NCBI GenBank assembly: GCA_002811645.1
Contig: PDIP01000051.1
Coordinates: forward strand, 190,519-254,518
Length of the DNA: 64,000 bases
Source: Corallochytrium limacisporum Hawaii
Lineage: Eukaryota; Protista; Pluriformea
Direction of reading: 5' to 3'
A model generated the notes under the pieces. It did not search any database. It saw only the letters and a program-made list of their open reading frames with translations, and had not been told where the DNA came from. Below are positions 12,482 to 23,293 of this stretch, one piece after another (positions within the stretch are counted from its first letter, which is position 1; each line of letters starts with the position of its first letter). The position numbers and the translations under genes were made by a program.

Positions 12482-12844
12482 NNNNNNNNNNNNNNNNNNN
12501 NNNNNNNNNNNNNNNNNNNNNNNNNNNNNNNNNNNNNNNNNNNNNNNNNNNNNNNNNNNNNNNNNNNNNNNNNNNNNNNNNNNNNNNNNNNNNNNNNNNN
12601 NNNNNNNNNNNNNNNNNNNNNNNNNNNNNNNNNNNNNNNNNNNNNNNNNNNNNNNNNNNNNNNNNNNNNNNNNNNNNNNNNNNNNNNNNNNNNNNNNNNN
12701 NNNNNNNNNNNNNNNNNNNNNNNNNNNNNNNNNNNNNNNNNNNNNNNNNNNNNNNNNNNNNNNNNNNNNNNNNNNNNNNNNNNNNNNNNNNNNNNNNNNN
12801 NNNNNNNNNNNNNNNNNNNNNNNNNNNNNNNNNNNNNNNNNNNN
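12482..12844. other. Assembly gap
   Basis: N run. Confidence 0.99.
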
Positions 12845-13194
12845 GGAGGCGAGAGGGAGCGAGCGAAAGAATGGCTGGCCCTGGAGGGGGGGGGGTTGTG
12901 GAGAACTCAGCCAGCAGCCAGGCAGGCAGGCAGGCAGCCAGCAGGGGAGAAGTCGGCCCAGCGGGCACGGACGGTGCTGGACCGGTGTTTTGTTTGCATC
13001 GCACACGGCGCGAAAGACACGCCACCGGTAGGCTATGTCAAAGCATTGACGATGATAGTTGAACTAACAAAATGGAATACAATTTGATCAGCGACTGGTT
13101 TTAAAGAAATCATCTCTGAACGTGTAAAGGATCCTTCGTACCACACTGGATAGTATGGAATAGCTCAGACGGTGTGTCAACGTAGGGGAAAGCG

Positions 13195-13227
13195 ATACAC
13201 AGATCAATACACAGATCAATACACAGA
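13195..13227 (+). repeat. 12-bp tandem repeat (ATACACAGATCA x2.75) just upstream of the HIS7 ATG
   Basis: atacacagatca atacacagatca atacacaga. Confidence 0.85.
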
Positions 13228-13235
13228 ATCTAAGT

Positions 13236-15083
13236 ATGACAGGATCGACAGTCCACGTCTTGGACTATGGTGCCGGGAACATTCGGTCAGTGATCAACGC
13301 CATTGAGGCGCTGGGTTTCAAGCCTACTTTCGTACAGAGCCCCGAGCAACTCCTCGATGGCACCGTCAAGCGCTTGATCTTCCCTGGAGTTGGAGCCTTT
13401 GGTCAGGCTATGGAATCTCTCGACACCTCGGGTTATGGTGATGCACTGCGTACGTACCTAAAGAATGGCAATCCATACCTCGGGATCTGCATCGGAATGC
13501 AGTGTCTGTTCGAAGCCAGCGAGGAGAGCCCCAAACACCAGGGCTTAGGCATCGTCCCTGGAAAGATAATCAAGCTTAGGCCCAGCCCAGGCCATCCCGT
13601 ACCACACATGGGCTGGAATGAGGTGCGGTTCCTTGACCACGACCATGCAGCCCACCCGGCAGAGGACGGCGATGCTGCGTCCGGGGATATGGTCGTGAAT
13701 CAGGAATGCGTTGTGGTTGACCCGGGCGATCGCTTCTACTTCGTTCACAGCTACGCTGCACCGCTGACGGATGCGAACCGCAGCTACGCGGCCTGTGTGA
13801 CGGATTATGGGGACGAGGATCAGCAATTCATTTCCGTGGTGAGGCACGGTAACATCACTGCCATGCAGTTCCACCCCGAGAAGAGCGGTGGCCTTGGACT
13901 GAGCGTGATCGGTCGGTTTTTGGGTGTCGCAGAGAATGCACTGCCACGTCCGGCCCGCAGCCGTCAAATCGATGTCAATTCATGGGCCAACGGTGCCTCT
14001 GTTGTTGCACCGACGGAAGCGACTGGCGTGTCTCCGACGAAGACCGTCTTTGCCAAGCGTGTCATTGCCTGTCTCGATGTTCGTACTAACGATCAGGGCG
14101 ATCTGGTTGTGACCAAGGGCGACCAGTACGATGTGCGGGAGAAATCTGGGGAGAATGCCGTTCGAAATCTGGGCAAGCCGGTCGAACTGGCTACGCGTTA
14201 CTACAACGAGGGCGCCGATGAAGTTACGTTCCTGAACATTACGTCCTTCCGTTCGATTCCTGCCAAAGACTTGCCGATGCTCGATGTCTTGCGTCTGACC
14301 TCGCAGTCCGTCTTTGTGCCGCTGACGATCGGTGGTGGTATTCGTTCATTCGATGACCCAGACGGCACCCATCACTCTGCTCTGGACATTGCATCGCTCT
14401 ACTTCCGTTCCGGTGCGGACAAGGTGAGTATCGGCTCTGACGCCGTCTACGTCGCTGAAAAGTACTGGGAGCGCCGGCGGAAAGCCGAGGCGGACGGTGA
14501 CACTGCGGCGGCGGATGCTCTCAAGCACGACCACAGTATTAAGCACTCGCCCTACGGTGATGGTACGTCGTCCATAGAGACAATCAGTGCCCATTTCGGT
14601 AGCCAAGCTGTCGTCATTTCGGTCGATCCCCGCCGTGTGTGGGTCAATTCTCCTTCAGATGTGCCTCACAAGTGCGTGAGGCCGTCATTGGTGGAACCAA
14701 GTCGGGGTCCGAATGGTGAGGGATGGTGCTGGTGGCAGTGCACAGTCAAGGGCGGTCGGGAGGGCCGTGACATGGGAGTTTACGAGCTGGTCACAGCCAT
14801 GCAGGACCTGGGAGCCGGAGAGATTTTGCTCAACTGCATGGACAAGGACGGAACCAACTCAGGCTACGATCTCGACTTGCTTACACTGGCCAAGGACGCG
14901 GTGCAGATTCCGGTCATTGCCTCCAGCGGTGCTGGGAAGCCAGGTCACTTCACCGAAGTGTTCCAGGTCTGCAACGCAGACGCGGCCTTGGCTGCGGGCA
15001 TCTTCCATCGCAGAGAAGTCGCCATCGAGGCGGTGAAGCGGGAACTGGTGGACAATGGTATTCCTGTCCGTCGTACCTTCTGA
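13236..15083 (+). CDS. HIS7: Bifunctional imidazole glycerol phosphate synthase (HisH glutaminase + HisF cyclase)
   Basis: LDYGAGNIRS, PGVGAFG, LGICIG, FHPEKS catalytic triad; IACLDVR..VVTKGDQYDVRE, GADKVSIGSDAV, IASSGAG. Confidence 0.97.
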   Translation: MTGSTVHVLDYGAGNIRSVINAIEALGFKPTFVQSPEQLLDGTVKRLIFPGVGAFGQAMESLDTSGYGDALRTYLKNGNPYLGICIGMQCLFEASEESPKHQGLGIVPGKIIKLRPSPGHPVPHMGWNEVRFLDHDHAAHPAEDGDAASGDMVVNQECVVVDPGDRFYFVHSYAAPLTDANRSYAACVTDYGDEDQQFISVVRHGNITAMQFHPEKSGGLGLSVIGRFLGVAENALPRPARSRQIDVNSWANGASVVAPTEATGVSPTKTVFAKRVIACLDVRTNDQGDLVVTKGDQYDVREKSGENAVRNLGKPVELATRYYNEGADEVTFLNITSFRSIPAKDLPMLDVLRLTSQSVFVPLTIGGGIRSFDDPDGTHHSALDIASLYFRSGADKVSIGSDAVYVAEKYWERRRKAEADGDTAAADALKHDHSIKHSPYGDGTSSIETISAHFGSQAVVISVDPRRVWVNSPSDVPHKCVRPSLVEPSRGPNGEGWCWWQCTVKGGREGRDMGVYELVTAMQDLGAGEILLNCMDKDGTNSGYDLDLLTLAKDAVQIPVIASSGAGKPGHFTEVFQVCNADAALAAGIFHRREVAIEAVKRELVDNGIPVRRTF

Positions 15084-15637
15084 GACCATGAGAGAGAGAG
15101 AGAAAGATAAGGAGACATCGTCGTTCGGCAATCGTTAACGAACGAAATCACCATGGCTGTACCATAGTAATAATACATCACTATCGTTAGCTTGTGCAAT
15201 CGTGCACGACTGAGTCGATCACCTTTATGGGTCGATGGCAGGAATGCCCAGCCGCCTGCAAATACTGCACAATCCGGGGCCTATTTTTACCCAGTCTGTG
15301 TTGGCTTTTCGCGCCCAATGGGGGTGAGCTGGAGGTGAGGGTCTCAGTCGCAAACCCTCACTGCCCGTGTCTCAAAGCACTAGCATGCAATGTGATAGAA
15401 CCGATGTGGCTGTTGAGTGTCTGTTCGTCGGTTGAGAGGTACTTGAACAGATACTGTTCACTATTGACGCTCAGCGGTAAAGTGAAATTCAAGGATATGT
15501 AGATGTGGATGTATGAAAGTGACCAATGGTTCGAATGAGTTCATTTGGACTGGGCATAGATTGGAGTCCTACAACTGACAAAATGTAGGCAAACCGGGTT
15601 GGATGATATTAAAACAAAATGAGTTAGAAGTTTTACC

Positions 15638-17044
15638 ATGGAGTGTACGATACCTGCAGGACGACTGAAAATCTTTGCGAAAGCCGTGCAAAGTTTGGCA
15701 ACAGTCGGACAAGATCTAAGCGTAGAAGCAGCTGCTCGCGGCCTCTGCATCCGCACGGTTAATGGGGCACGGTCGGCTTTCGTGAATCTCAAGCTAAGCA
15801 CAGCATTCTTTAGTTCATATCGGTTCAATGCGACAATACAGGGCAAACACACTTCGAAAATTTTTGCGTCGGTTATGGCCCGTTCATTCTGGCACATTTT
15901 CAGGAATGCCTCATCCAAGGAGGACAGGAACGCCGAGAAGTGCATCCTCAAATTAACGCCCCAGGCCGATCGTCTCACAGTGGAGATACACTACCGATTT
16001 GGTGTGAAAAAGGCGTACGATCTGCATCTGGATCTTGCGTCACCGCTTTGGGTAGAATTTGAGCGCGACGCCGAGCCGTGCACGATTACTTTCTTTCCGA
16101 AGCTGATGCTAGAGGTCATGGGCACTTTCATCCGCGGTGCGGATGATGTGCGATTTGTGACGCAGGAGGATGGGAAGGCTCTACAGATCAAGTCTTGGGT
16201 CGATGAGAAGAAAACAGGTGCCAGTGCAATGTTGCAGACGGAGCAGGAAGTTGACGCAGCTGATTTTCAGTCCTGCACACTCACGGAGCAAGTAGATATT
16301 GCCTTCACATTCAAGGAAGTTAAGGCCCTGCTGAACTTTGCAGAACACTGTGGCAGCGAAGTGACACTCAACTTTGGCACTGCTGGTCAACCACTGGTTG
16401 GCTATGTCGACGGTCCATCGTACGCAATGGACATGGTGATTGCGACAGTTAAAGAAGAATTTGACGACCAATCGACCCAGGGAACCACCAGGACTGGTCG
16501 TGCTCCCGCAAACCCGCCACACGCAACTGCAGCCTCCGGGAGATCCACCGTAGAAACGAAGGGTAACACAGCGGCGGTAGAAGTACAAAATCTGCATAAC
16601 AACACTACCGTAATCGACACCTCGTACGTTGACAGTGCACCTCGATACCACAAGACTCATCCACCTCCGTCACGTGGTGACCACGCTGACACTAATCATA
16701 ACGATGAGAACGTCCCGTCTTCGCACACGGCACGATCGCAATATGCATCTCTGCACATGGAGTCCGCGCAGCTCAATGGCAGCCATGTTATTCCACCGTC
16801 AACTGGCGAACCATCAGAAGCCTTGGATAACGCAAGTGCACGCAAGAGACTGATTAAGGACGAGGGAGACGAGGAGGAAACTGATGATACAGTCCTTCGC
16901 TATAAAAACAGTCGCTTCGAATCGGTCCCGGAGAGCCAACAGAGCCAGACCAGCCAAGCGCAGGTCGGTAGCATGGACGTGGATGTGCCCCGATCTTTTG
17001 CCGCTGTAGCAGAGACAGATGATGAAGACGAGGATGACGATTGA
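15638..17044 (+). CDS. RAD9: Rad9 checkpoint clamp subunit (9-1-1 complex)
   Basis: N-terminal KIFAKAVQSLATVG..RTVNGARSAF..FFSSY, GVKKAY, FTFKEVKALLNFAE..FGTAGQP; disordered tail with SQ/TQ sites and acidic end. Confidence 0.88.
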   Translation: MECTIPAGRLKIFAKAVQSLATVGQDLSVEAAARGLCIRTVNGARSAFVNLKLSTAFFSSYRFNATIQGKHTSKIFASVMARSFWHIFRNASSKEDRNAEKCILKLTPQADRLTVEIHYRFGVKKAYDLHLDLASPLWVEFERDAEPCTITFFPKLMLEVMGTFIRGADDVRFVTQEDGKALQIKSWVDEKKTGASAMLQTEQEVDAADFQSCTLTEQVDIAFTFKEVKALLNFAEHCGSEVTLNFGTAGQPLVGYVDGPSYAMDMVIATVKEEFDDQSTQGTTRTGRAPANPPHATAASGRSTVETKGNTAAVEVQNLHNNTTVIDTSYVDSAPRYHKTHPPPSRGDHADTNHNDENVPSSHTARSQYASLHMESAQLNGSHVIPPSTGEPSEALDNASARKRLIKDEGDEEETDDTVLRYKNSRFESVPESQQSQTSQAQVGSMDVDVPRSFAAVAETDDEDEDDD

Positions 17045-17290
17045 AGTGTAACGATGCTGAGCAGACATTATAGATGCTTTATAGTTCACTATTTAAGTAT
17101 ACTTTCGGTCCGTGGCGGAACTTCAGTAAAGAATCAGTGAGTGCCCCCCTCCCGGATCCGCCACGTCCCGCAGAGCGCTCTCCCTTAGTCGGAACTGTAT
17201 CCGGAGTATTCAGTAAAGACCAGTCCATGGGAATTTGTTTTTCAGAATTTGGGGGGAGGGGCCGTCCCGTGGGTGACGAATTGGGGGGGG

Positions 17291-17302
17291 NNNNNNNNNN
17301 NN
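17291..17302. other. Assembly gap between a G run and a C run
   Basis: N run. Confidence 0.99.
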
Positions 17303-17851
17303 CCCCCCCAACGCCTAATTTGCCCGTATCCGCCCGGCCCGGTCGGTTGTCAGCCTTTTCGAAGTTTTTGAAGTGTTAAGAGCGTGCCGCTCGCCGCCTG
17401 GGCCCCAGTGTGTTTATGAGACACACCTCATCGCTCTTGCTCACCGGTGGAAGAAAGATGAGGATAGTATTATTGCGTAAACACAAACCGGGGGCAAGAG
17501 AATTCCCTGCCCGACATTGTGACACGAGATCCGAAAGGGCCAAGAATGCTGGGAGTGGGGTTGAATACGCAGATATGGACCATTTGCATTTGGGTAACAA
17601 ACTCTTTTGAGACGATTCGGTGAAAACAGAGGGAGATGCACAGTGTTACTCTATGCACTGGGGAAGTAGTATACGAGTGCAGCTATGTGAAGCGTGGCCT
17701 ATAAAAACCAATTGAACGAGCAGTGGGATCTACTCACGAATTATACTTGTATACTTTTTCTTGTCCTTGGCAAGAGTCAAGAAGGAAAACCCCATTCCGA
17801 AGGGAATCCAGCATAGTCACGACGCTGAAGATAAGGTCTAAAGAAGGAAGC

Positions 17852-19165
17852 ATGGCTTCAGGAAGGGATGATCAGTTGGCCAACCTGGCGGCACTTGAGC
17901 AGAAGCTCGATGCCATCCCCGCCGCCCCTGCGCCTCCTGTCGAGACCCGTGATCTTGACATCATTGTCTGGGGCGCTACAGGTTTTACTGGACGGCTGGT
18001 CTGTCGCTACCTCACCGAACGATCGAAGACCGAGCCTGGCCTCCGGTGGGCAATCGCCGGACGCAATTTGGACAAGCTCGAAGCCGTGCGCAAGGAGTGC
18101 ATGGCTATTGATCGCACGGTCGGACGGGACATCAAGGTGCTGAACGCGCACCTGGACAATGACAAACTACTTAGAGGTATGGTCACCCGCACACGCGTTG
18201 TGCTTTCCACTGCGGGACCATTCACGCAATTGGGTGAGCCCATGGTCCGCGCGTGCGCTGGGTCCGGGACAATGTATACGGACACAGCGGGCGAGCTCAG
18301 TTGGATCGGCAAAATGATTGACCGCTACGAGGCCCAGGCGATCTCAACCGGCTCAACCCTGGTACCTATTGCGGGCTACGCTTCGGTGCCCTCAGATCTG
18401 GGCGCCTTAGCGGCCATTAACTACGTCCGGCGCGTAACCGGTGAGATGGCCATCAAGCGCGTCGACTGCTTCCAGAGCCAGAAGGGCTTGTTCACTGCTG
18501 GTCTCTTTGCCTCACTCATTGATGCGGTCGGGGACGGAAGCGTCTTTGAAGGAGCAAGCCCATACTTCCTTTGCCCTAAACAGTGGAAGCAGAAACGGCC
18601 AAAGGGATCGTTGAAAGATGCGGATTCGATGGCTGTATGGTATGCGTCATCAGTTAAGACTTGGGCGTCAATGTCCATTATGCACACCGTCAACAGCCGT
18701 GTGGTTCACCGTTCCGATGCACTGCTCAACTACGGTGATGACTTCCGCTATGGCGAATGGCAGCAGTTCAGCAATCCCATATCGGCCTTAACGAATATTC
18801 TCATGCAATTCTTCGGGGTGGCATTGCTGCTGGTGCCGCCGGTACGTTGGCTGGCAGGGAAGCTTGTACCCGCTCAACACGGTCCGAGTGAAGAGGTCCG
18901 GGCGAAGAACTGGTTCAAGACCAGTGTGGTAGCAGAGACAGTGTCGGGCAAGAAGGGTATCGTCACTATCACAGGGGGCGATCCGGGCTACGGGGATACG
19001 GCCAAGATGATTGCGGAGATGGCCATTGCCTTGGCATACGCTGGAAAGGATGGGTATCTCGAGCGGAAACCGGGCTTCCAGACACCAGCATCCCAGGGTG
19101 GCATGCCCTTGCTCAAGAAACTGGCCCGGAATGGCTTCAAAATCGAGATGAAGATGGTAGAGTAG
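17852..19165 (+). CDS. SCCPDH: Saccharopine dehydrogenase-like oxidoreductase (SCCPDH family)
   Basis: WGATGFTG, WAIAGRN, STAGPF, YTDTAGE, SVPSDLG, GGDPGYGDTAKM. First ATG is 17852; the ORF track starts at an upstream GTG. Confidence 0.85.
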   Translation: MASGRDDQLANLAALEQKLDAIPAAPAPPVETRDLDIIVWGATGFTGRLVCRYLTERSKTEPGLRWAIAGRNLDKLEAVRKECMAIDRTVGRDIKVLNAHLDNDKLLRGMVTRTRVVLSTAGPFTQLGEPMVRACAGSGTMYTDTAGELSWIGKMIDRYEAQAISTGSTLVPIAGYASVPSDLGALAAINYVRRVTGEMAIKRVDCFQSQKGLFTAGLFASLIDAVGDGSVFEGASPYFLCPKQWKQKRPKGSLKDADSMAVWYASSVKTWASMSIMHTVNSRVVHRSDALLNYGDDFRYGEWQQFSNPISALTNILMQFFGVALLLVPPVRWLAGKLVPAQHGPSEEVRAKNWFKTSVVAETVSGKKGIVTITGGDPGYGDTAKMIAEMAIALAYAGKDGYLERKPGFQTPASQGGMPLLKKLARNGFKIEMKMVE

Positions 19166-19908
19166 GCATAACCCAGCTTACGACCCCCGGATGCTCGCCA
19201 CATCCTTTCTGACGGAATCGTCAAACGTCAGCATTAGACAAGTAATAGCAAACTCAAATCATAATGTAATTAAGCACCCCGTTGGAGCATTGGTTTTAGC
19301 AGTACTTGTGGATTCATCAGAATAGAATACCCAATAGTGCGATACCGTTCATTGGTAAGGCCCTTGAGCAATTGTGTTTGAATGGTGAGGGCACCCCGTC
19401 TGCATTGTGCCCGGGTGCTGCACATCCATTCCTTGATCGGGCAAGTTCCAGTCTGGGCCACCTCTGGCTACATCTTTCCGACCACCCAGTCAAGGGCCTC
19501 CGTCACAGCACAGTCAAATCCCAACGAAGCCGTGCAAAGGGTACAAACTTTTTCGTCTCTCACAGTCGGAGAGAGGGAGGGCACAGAACCTGAAAAGAAA
19601 AAAGGACTCCGAAGACTCAGTCGGTTCAGTAGGGCGGCGAGCTTGATTGATTGCGCGGAGCAGGAACCCCTCCCCCTGCTCCTCGACGGAGCCGAGTTTG
19701 AGGGCGGCAGACTTCCATCACACCCTCCCACGAAACTAATGAACCCCAATGATGAAGAGTGTTTGATTCATATGTGGGAATATGATTCATCCAGTCAGTT
19801 GGGCATGTACCATCTACAATGCGGGTTAGAAAGGATAAGAACAAAGCACCTTGTCTGAGATATACTAATGATGATGAAAGTGTCTTCTAATGTCGAAAGA
19901 AAGTTAAA

Positions 19909-20889
19909 CTAGAACATTGCCAGTAGTGTGAACACACCATAGACTAATGCGCACGGGTAGGCAACCAATCCCATCTGATGACTCATGTTGAGCGTCGCGA
20001 CAAAAATGCGACTAGCGGTAATTGTGCAAAATAGAATAGTTATGAAGGCCAGTACCAGACCAATACTGTGCCGCAGATCTACCACAACGTTCAACGTCGA
20101 CAAGAAGACCAAAGGCAGCAGGCAATATCCGAGAGTAGAAACGGTCGCGCCAAAGCTCAGGTTTCCATTGGTGACCATCATGTTCAGAAGTCCCCACATG
20201 CCGACGCAGCTGATCAAACCAAAGCCATAAATGTGTCCAAAACTAATTTTGCCACTGAGCATTAGAGAGGCGCCGAAGGCAAGGCAGAAGACCAAGGGAC
20301 CGGCAAGGTCAGTGTCATCCATGATATTCTGTTGGACAGGCTTCATTGGGTTCAAAGCCAGCTTTGTCTTATCTAGGATGTGCTCAAAGTTAATGCCCAG
20401 CTCTTCCAACAGCGGAGGTTCGTCATCTTCGTCGAAACTATGATGACCTGGCCCGGCCATGTTACTGTCAGCCATCTGTCCCATTGTGCCCATGCCTCCC
20501 TGGGCACCGAAGCCGTCGCCTCCCTGCGGTGGTGCACCAAAGTTCTGCTGCCCATAGGAGTTGCCACCGAAGCCACCGGCACCACCGGCTGGACCGGCAG
20601 GCCCACCCTGCTGTTGTTGTCCGTAGCCGCCCTGGTAAAAGTCAAAGTTGCCCCCTTGAGGGCTCTGCATTCCCATCGGTGACTGCATTCCCTGTGATCC
20701 TCCTCCGAAACCTCCTTGTTGTCCCTGTGATCCTCCACCAAAACCTCCTTGTTGTCCCTGTGCTGGTCCTCCAAATCCGGACTGAGGGCTCTGGAACTGT
20801 CCTGGGTTGGGTGATCCGTGTCCGTAGCTGCCCTGGCTGCTACCGCCGAAATTAGGCGGCGGATTCTGTGCGTATCCGTAGTTGTCCAT
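19909..20889 (-). CDS. YIP1: Yip1-family ER-Golgi membrane protein (YIPF5/7-like) with G/Q-rich N-terminus
   Basis: DEPPLLEELGINFEHI, DTDLAGPLVFCL, LGYCLLPLV, VAYPCALVY; ATG at 20889. Confidence 0.95.
   Translation of the reverse strand: MDNYGYAQNPPPNFGGSSQGSYGHGSPNPGQFQSPQSGFGGPAQGQQGGFGGGSQGQQGGFGGGSQGMQSPMGMQSPQGGNFDFYQGGYGQQQQGGPAGPAGGAGGFGGNSYGQQNFGAPPQGGDGFGAQGGMGTMGQMADSNMAGPGHHSFDEDDEPPLLEELGINFEHILDKTKLALNPMKPVQQNIMDDTDLAGPLVFCLAFGASLMLSGKISFGHIYGFGLISCVGMWGLLNMMVTNGNLSFGATVSTLGYCLLPLVFLSTLNVVVDLRHSIGLVLAFITILFCTITASRIFVATLNMSHQMGLVAYPCALVYGVFTLLAMF
20690..20764 (-). repeat. 33-bp coding tandem repeat (QGQQGGFGGGS) in YIP1
   Basis: Two near-identical ccctgtgatcctcc..aaacctccttgttgt units. 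Confidence 0.8.
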
Positions 20890-21483
20890 ATTATCTATGA
20901 GTGTTGATAGCACTCACTGAAATGCCAAGCGTGTGTCCGAGTAACGTGTTTATATATTTCAATTCAAGTATCGTTGTTTTCGATGATACCACTGACCGGT
21001 AAATTATACTGAGCACACGAAATGACCTCAAGAATCCAATACGATATGTTTATATATCCATGAAACTTGTCGCCTCAGAGGGATTAGAAATACCACTGAT
21101 GGGCAGACACATTGGGACATCACAACCACTCAACAGAGCCCTATGGTCAGGGCAGAGTCTAGTGTGAAAACTCTCAAACAGCAAAAGTATGGCAACACCA
21201 TCCAAATGCCCCTTTGTCAAGCCAGCGGGGCTGTGCCACGTTATCCGTCACAGTAGCAGAACCCGCCAAAAAAATTTGGTGGAAAAATGGAAAACTAAAA
21301 CAAAGTGTCCCGCGCACGAAGCTCGGCCTCGGTACTCTCACAATAGACCAGAGGGGGCAGGTGGGACACCGGGGGCCTAGATTTCGTCAAGAATGGGACA
21401 CGGCTCTATCTGAGCAAAAGAGTCGGGCGGCCCCGCTGGGGACGTAAAGCCCCCATTTCCTCTCCTCGGCTCTCTTCCCCCCC

Positions 21484-21718
21484 NNNNNNNNNNNNNNNNN
21501 NNNNNNNNNNNNNNNNNNNNNNNNNNNNNNNNNNNNNNNNNNNNNNNNNNNNNNNNNNNNNNNNNNNNNNNNNNNNNNNNNNNNNNNNNNNNNNNNNNNN
21601 NNNNNNNNNNNNNNNNNNNNNNNNNNNNNNNNNNNNNNNNNNNNNNNNNNNNNNNNNNNNNNNNNNNNNNNNNNNNNNNNNNNNNNNNNNNNNNNNNNNN
21701 NNNNNNNNNNNNNNNNNN
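21484..21718. other. Assembly gap flanked by poly-C
   Basis: N run. Confidence 0.99.
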
Positions 21719-22321
21719 CCCCCCCCCCTCCCCCGCGGGGGAGGCAGATTAGAGAGTGGGGCAAGTTGGCGGCGCAGAGGGCCCCTCTTAATCAAGATTT
21801 CTATATTTCAAATATGTCCGCGTATTTCGGCAAGGATGGAAAAAGAGGGGGGGGGGGACGCTCTCCGGATTATCACCACCGGCCAGGGAACGAATCGGCG
21901 TCCGCGTCCGAACAGGCCGCCCTAAGGCTTTTGCCAGTGCCGGTACCACACCTCCCTACCAGCCGGCGCTGGGGCGGGGGTAGCTCGCTGCTTGGTATTG
22001 ACGGTATGGAGACACTGTGTGTGCCCAGTGCTCTGCCCATTTTTCTTTTGTGGTTTTTTTTATAGTGTATTAAGCGCTTGTTCAGAGAATTCTACGGACC
22101 ATATTTTCGTATAGAATGCTGCTTCTCGCCGTACAGGTAAGCTATTCGTAAGGTAACGGGCAAGAAATAAGTTAATCATGGTGGAATGTTACATTGAAAT
22201 CAATCCGGTTTGTTTTCTTGGGTGCAGTGCGAGAATTAGCTGTGGTAACTATGTGAACGGAGGCATGAAATACAGGAGTAATCCGTGGGGGTAATATAGA
22301 AAATACACAGAACACAGAACA

Positions 22322-23050
22322 ATGCGCAAATCAAGCATAAGACACTTCTTTCACCAGAGAAAGAAGGAAGCAGAGGTGGGACGAAGTCTCCAAGGTGCTC
22401 ATGTGCTTTCAGTGTCCAAGACAGATCTGTCGAGGAACCAATCCGAGGACTCGGTCGGGTCAGCGAAGGTAAGCAAGTTTTTCGGGGAAGCTGAAGCAAC
22501 CAATGCCCAGTCTTCCAAAATTGGCAATGCAGGGATGTCAGCGACTGGAGACAACCAGACCAGAGGGCATCGTTCGTCCCGGTCTTGGTGGGAAGCAGAA
22601 CGCAGACGCACGCAGAAACAGTGGGAGATGGCAGAGCAGGAGATCGTCAACCGGCAACGCACATTGTTCACCCTTGCGAGCAAGCCAGACTATACCGAAG
22701 GATGCAAGTTAATGGGAGAAGATGAGAAGGATACGATTCTCGCTTTGGGCGTGGTAGGCCTGTCATTGCAGTCCTTGAGCGGTGCGTCGGGTATCAAGGT
22801 GCATGAGTGGCTGATCTCACTCGAAGAGGCAATCATTGCACTCAAGGAAGGAAATTTGGAGGACCACAGAGATGCCCTGGTAGCCTTTGTGGCGCAGACC
22901 AGAATTCGTATGGAGATTCTTTGGACTGCACTGCGGCGCACTCTGAATAAAGAACTCGAGGATCTCTTTATCAGCGCCCTCCGAGAAATCAAGTTGCAGG
23001 TCGCCCACCTGATCACCGGTGAAGAGGGTATGGACGTGGTCGAAGTGTAA
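22322..23050 (+). CDS. Hypothetical protein (disordered N-terminal half, helical C-terminal half)
   Basis: 242 aa ORF, acaATG context, amphipathic helical pattern, AATAAA ~35 nt after the stop; family not recognised. Confidence 0.65.
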   Translation: MRKSSIRHFFHQRKKEAEVGRSLQGAHVLSVSKTDLSRNQSEDSVGSAKVSKFFGEAEATNAQSSKIGNAGMSATGDNQTRGHRSSRSWWEAERRRTQKQWEMAEQEIVNRQRTLFTLASKPDYTEGCKLMGEDEKDTILALGVVGLSLQSLSGASGIKVHEWLISLEEAIIALKEGNLEDHRDALVAFVAQTRIRMEILWTALRRTLNKELEDLFISALREIKLQVAHLITGEEGMDVVEV

Positions 23051-23293
23051 TTACCACGGCCACACTCGCTTGTATCATACGTTGAATAAACAAGACATTC
23101 AAGTCTTAGACCAGGGTCAGATGAATACGATTTGAAATGTGATGTAGTTTACTGGTTTGTTTTTAAAAGGACATGTATATGATACCTCTCCGATAGTCTA
23201 CATGCTAGGATTGAAACGATAGCATCGGGGGCCGGAACCAGATATAGTGAGTACATGGCCGGACTGCCCTATGCATCAGCGATCATTTTCCAC

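Noticed and set aside
17723-17851. GTG/TTG-initiated N-terminal extensions in the ORF track (SCCPDH, YIP1, MEK, RNF5, SWT1, PGK 53339)
   Set aside because: Artefact of bacterial-style start calling; the downstream ATGs have the genome's A at -3
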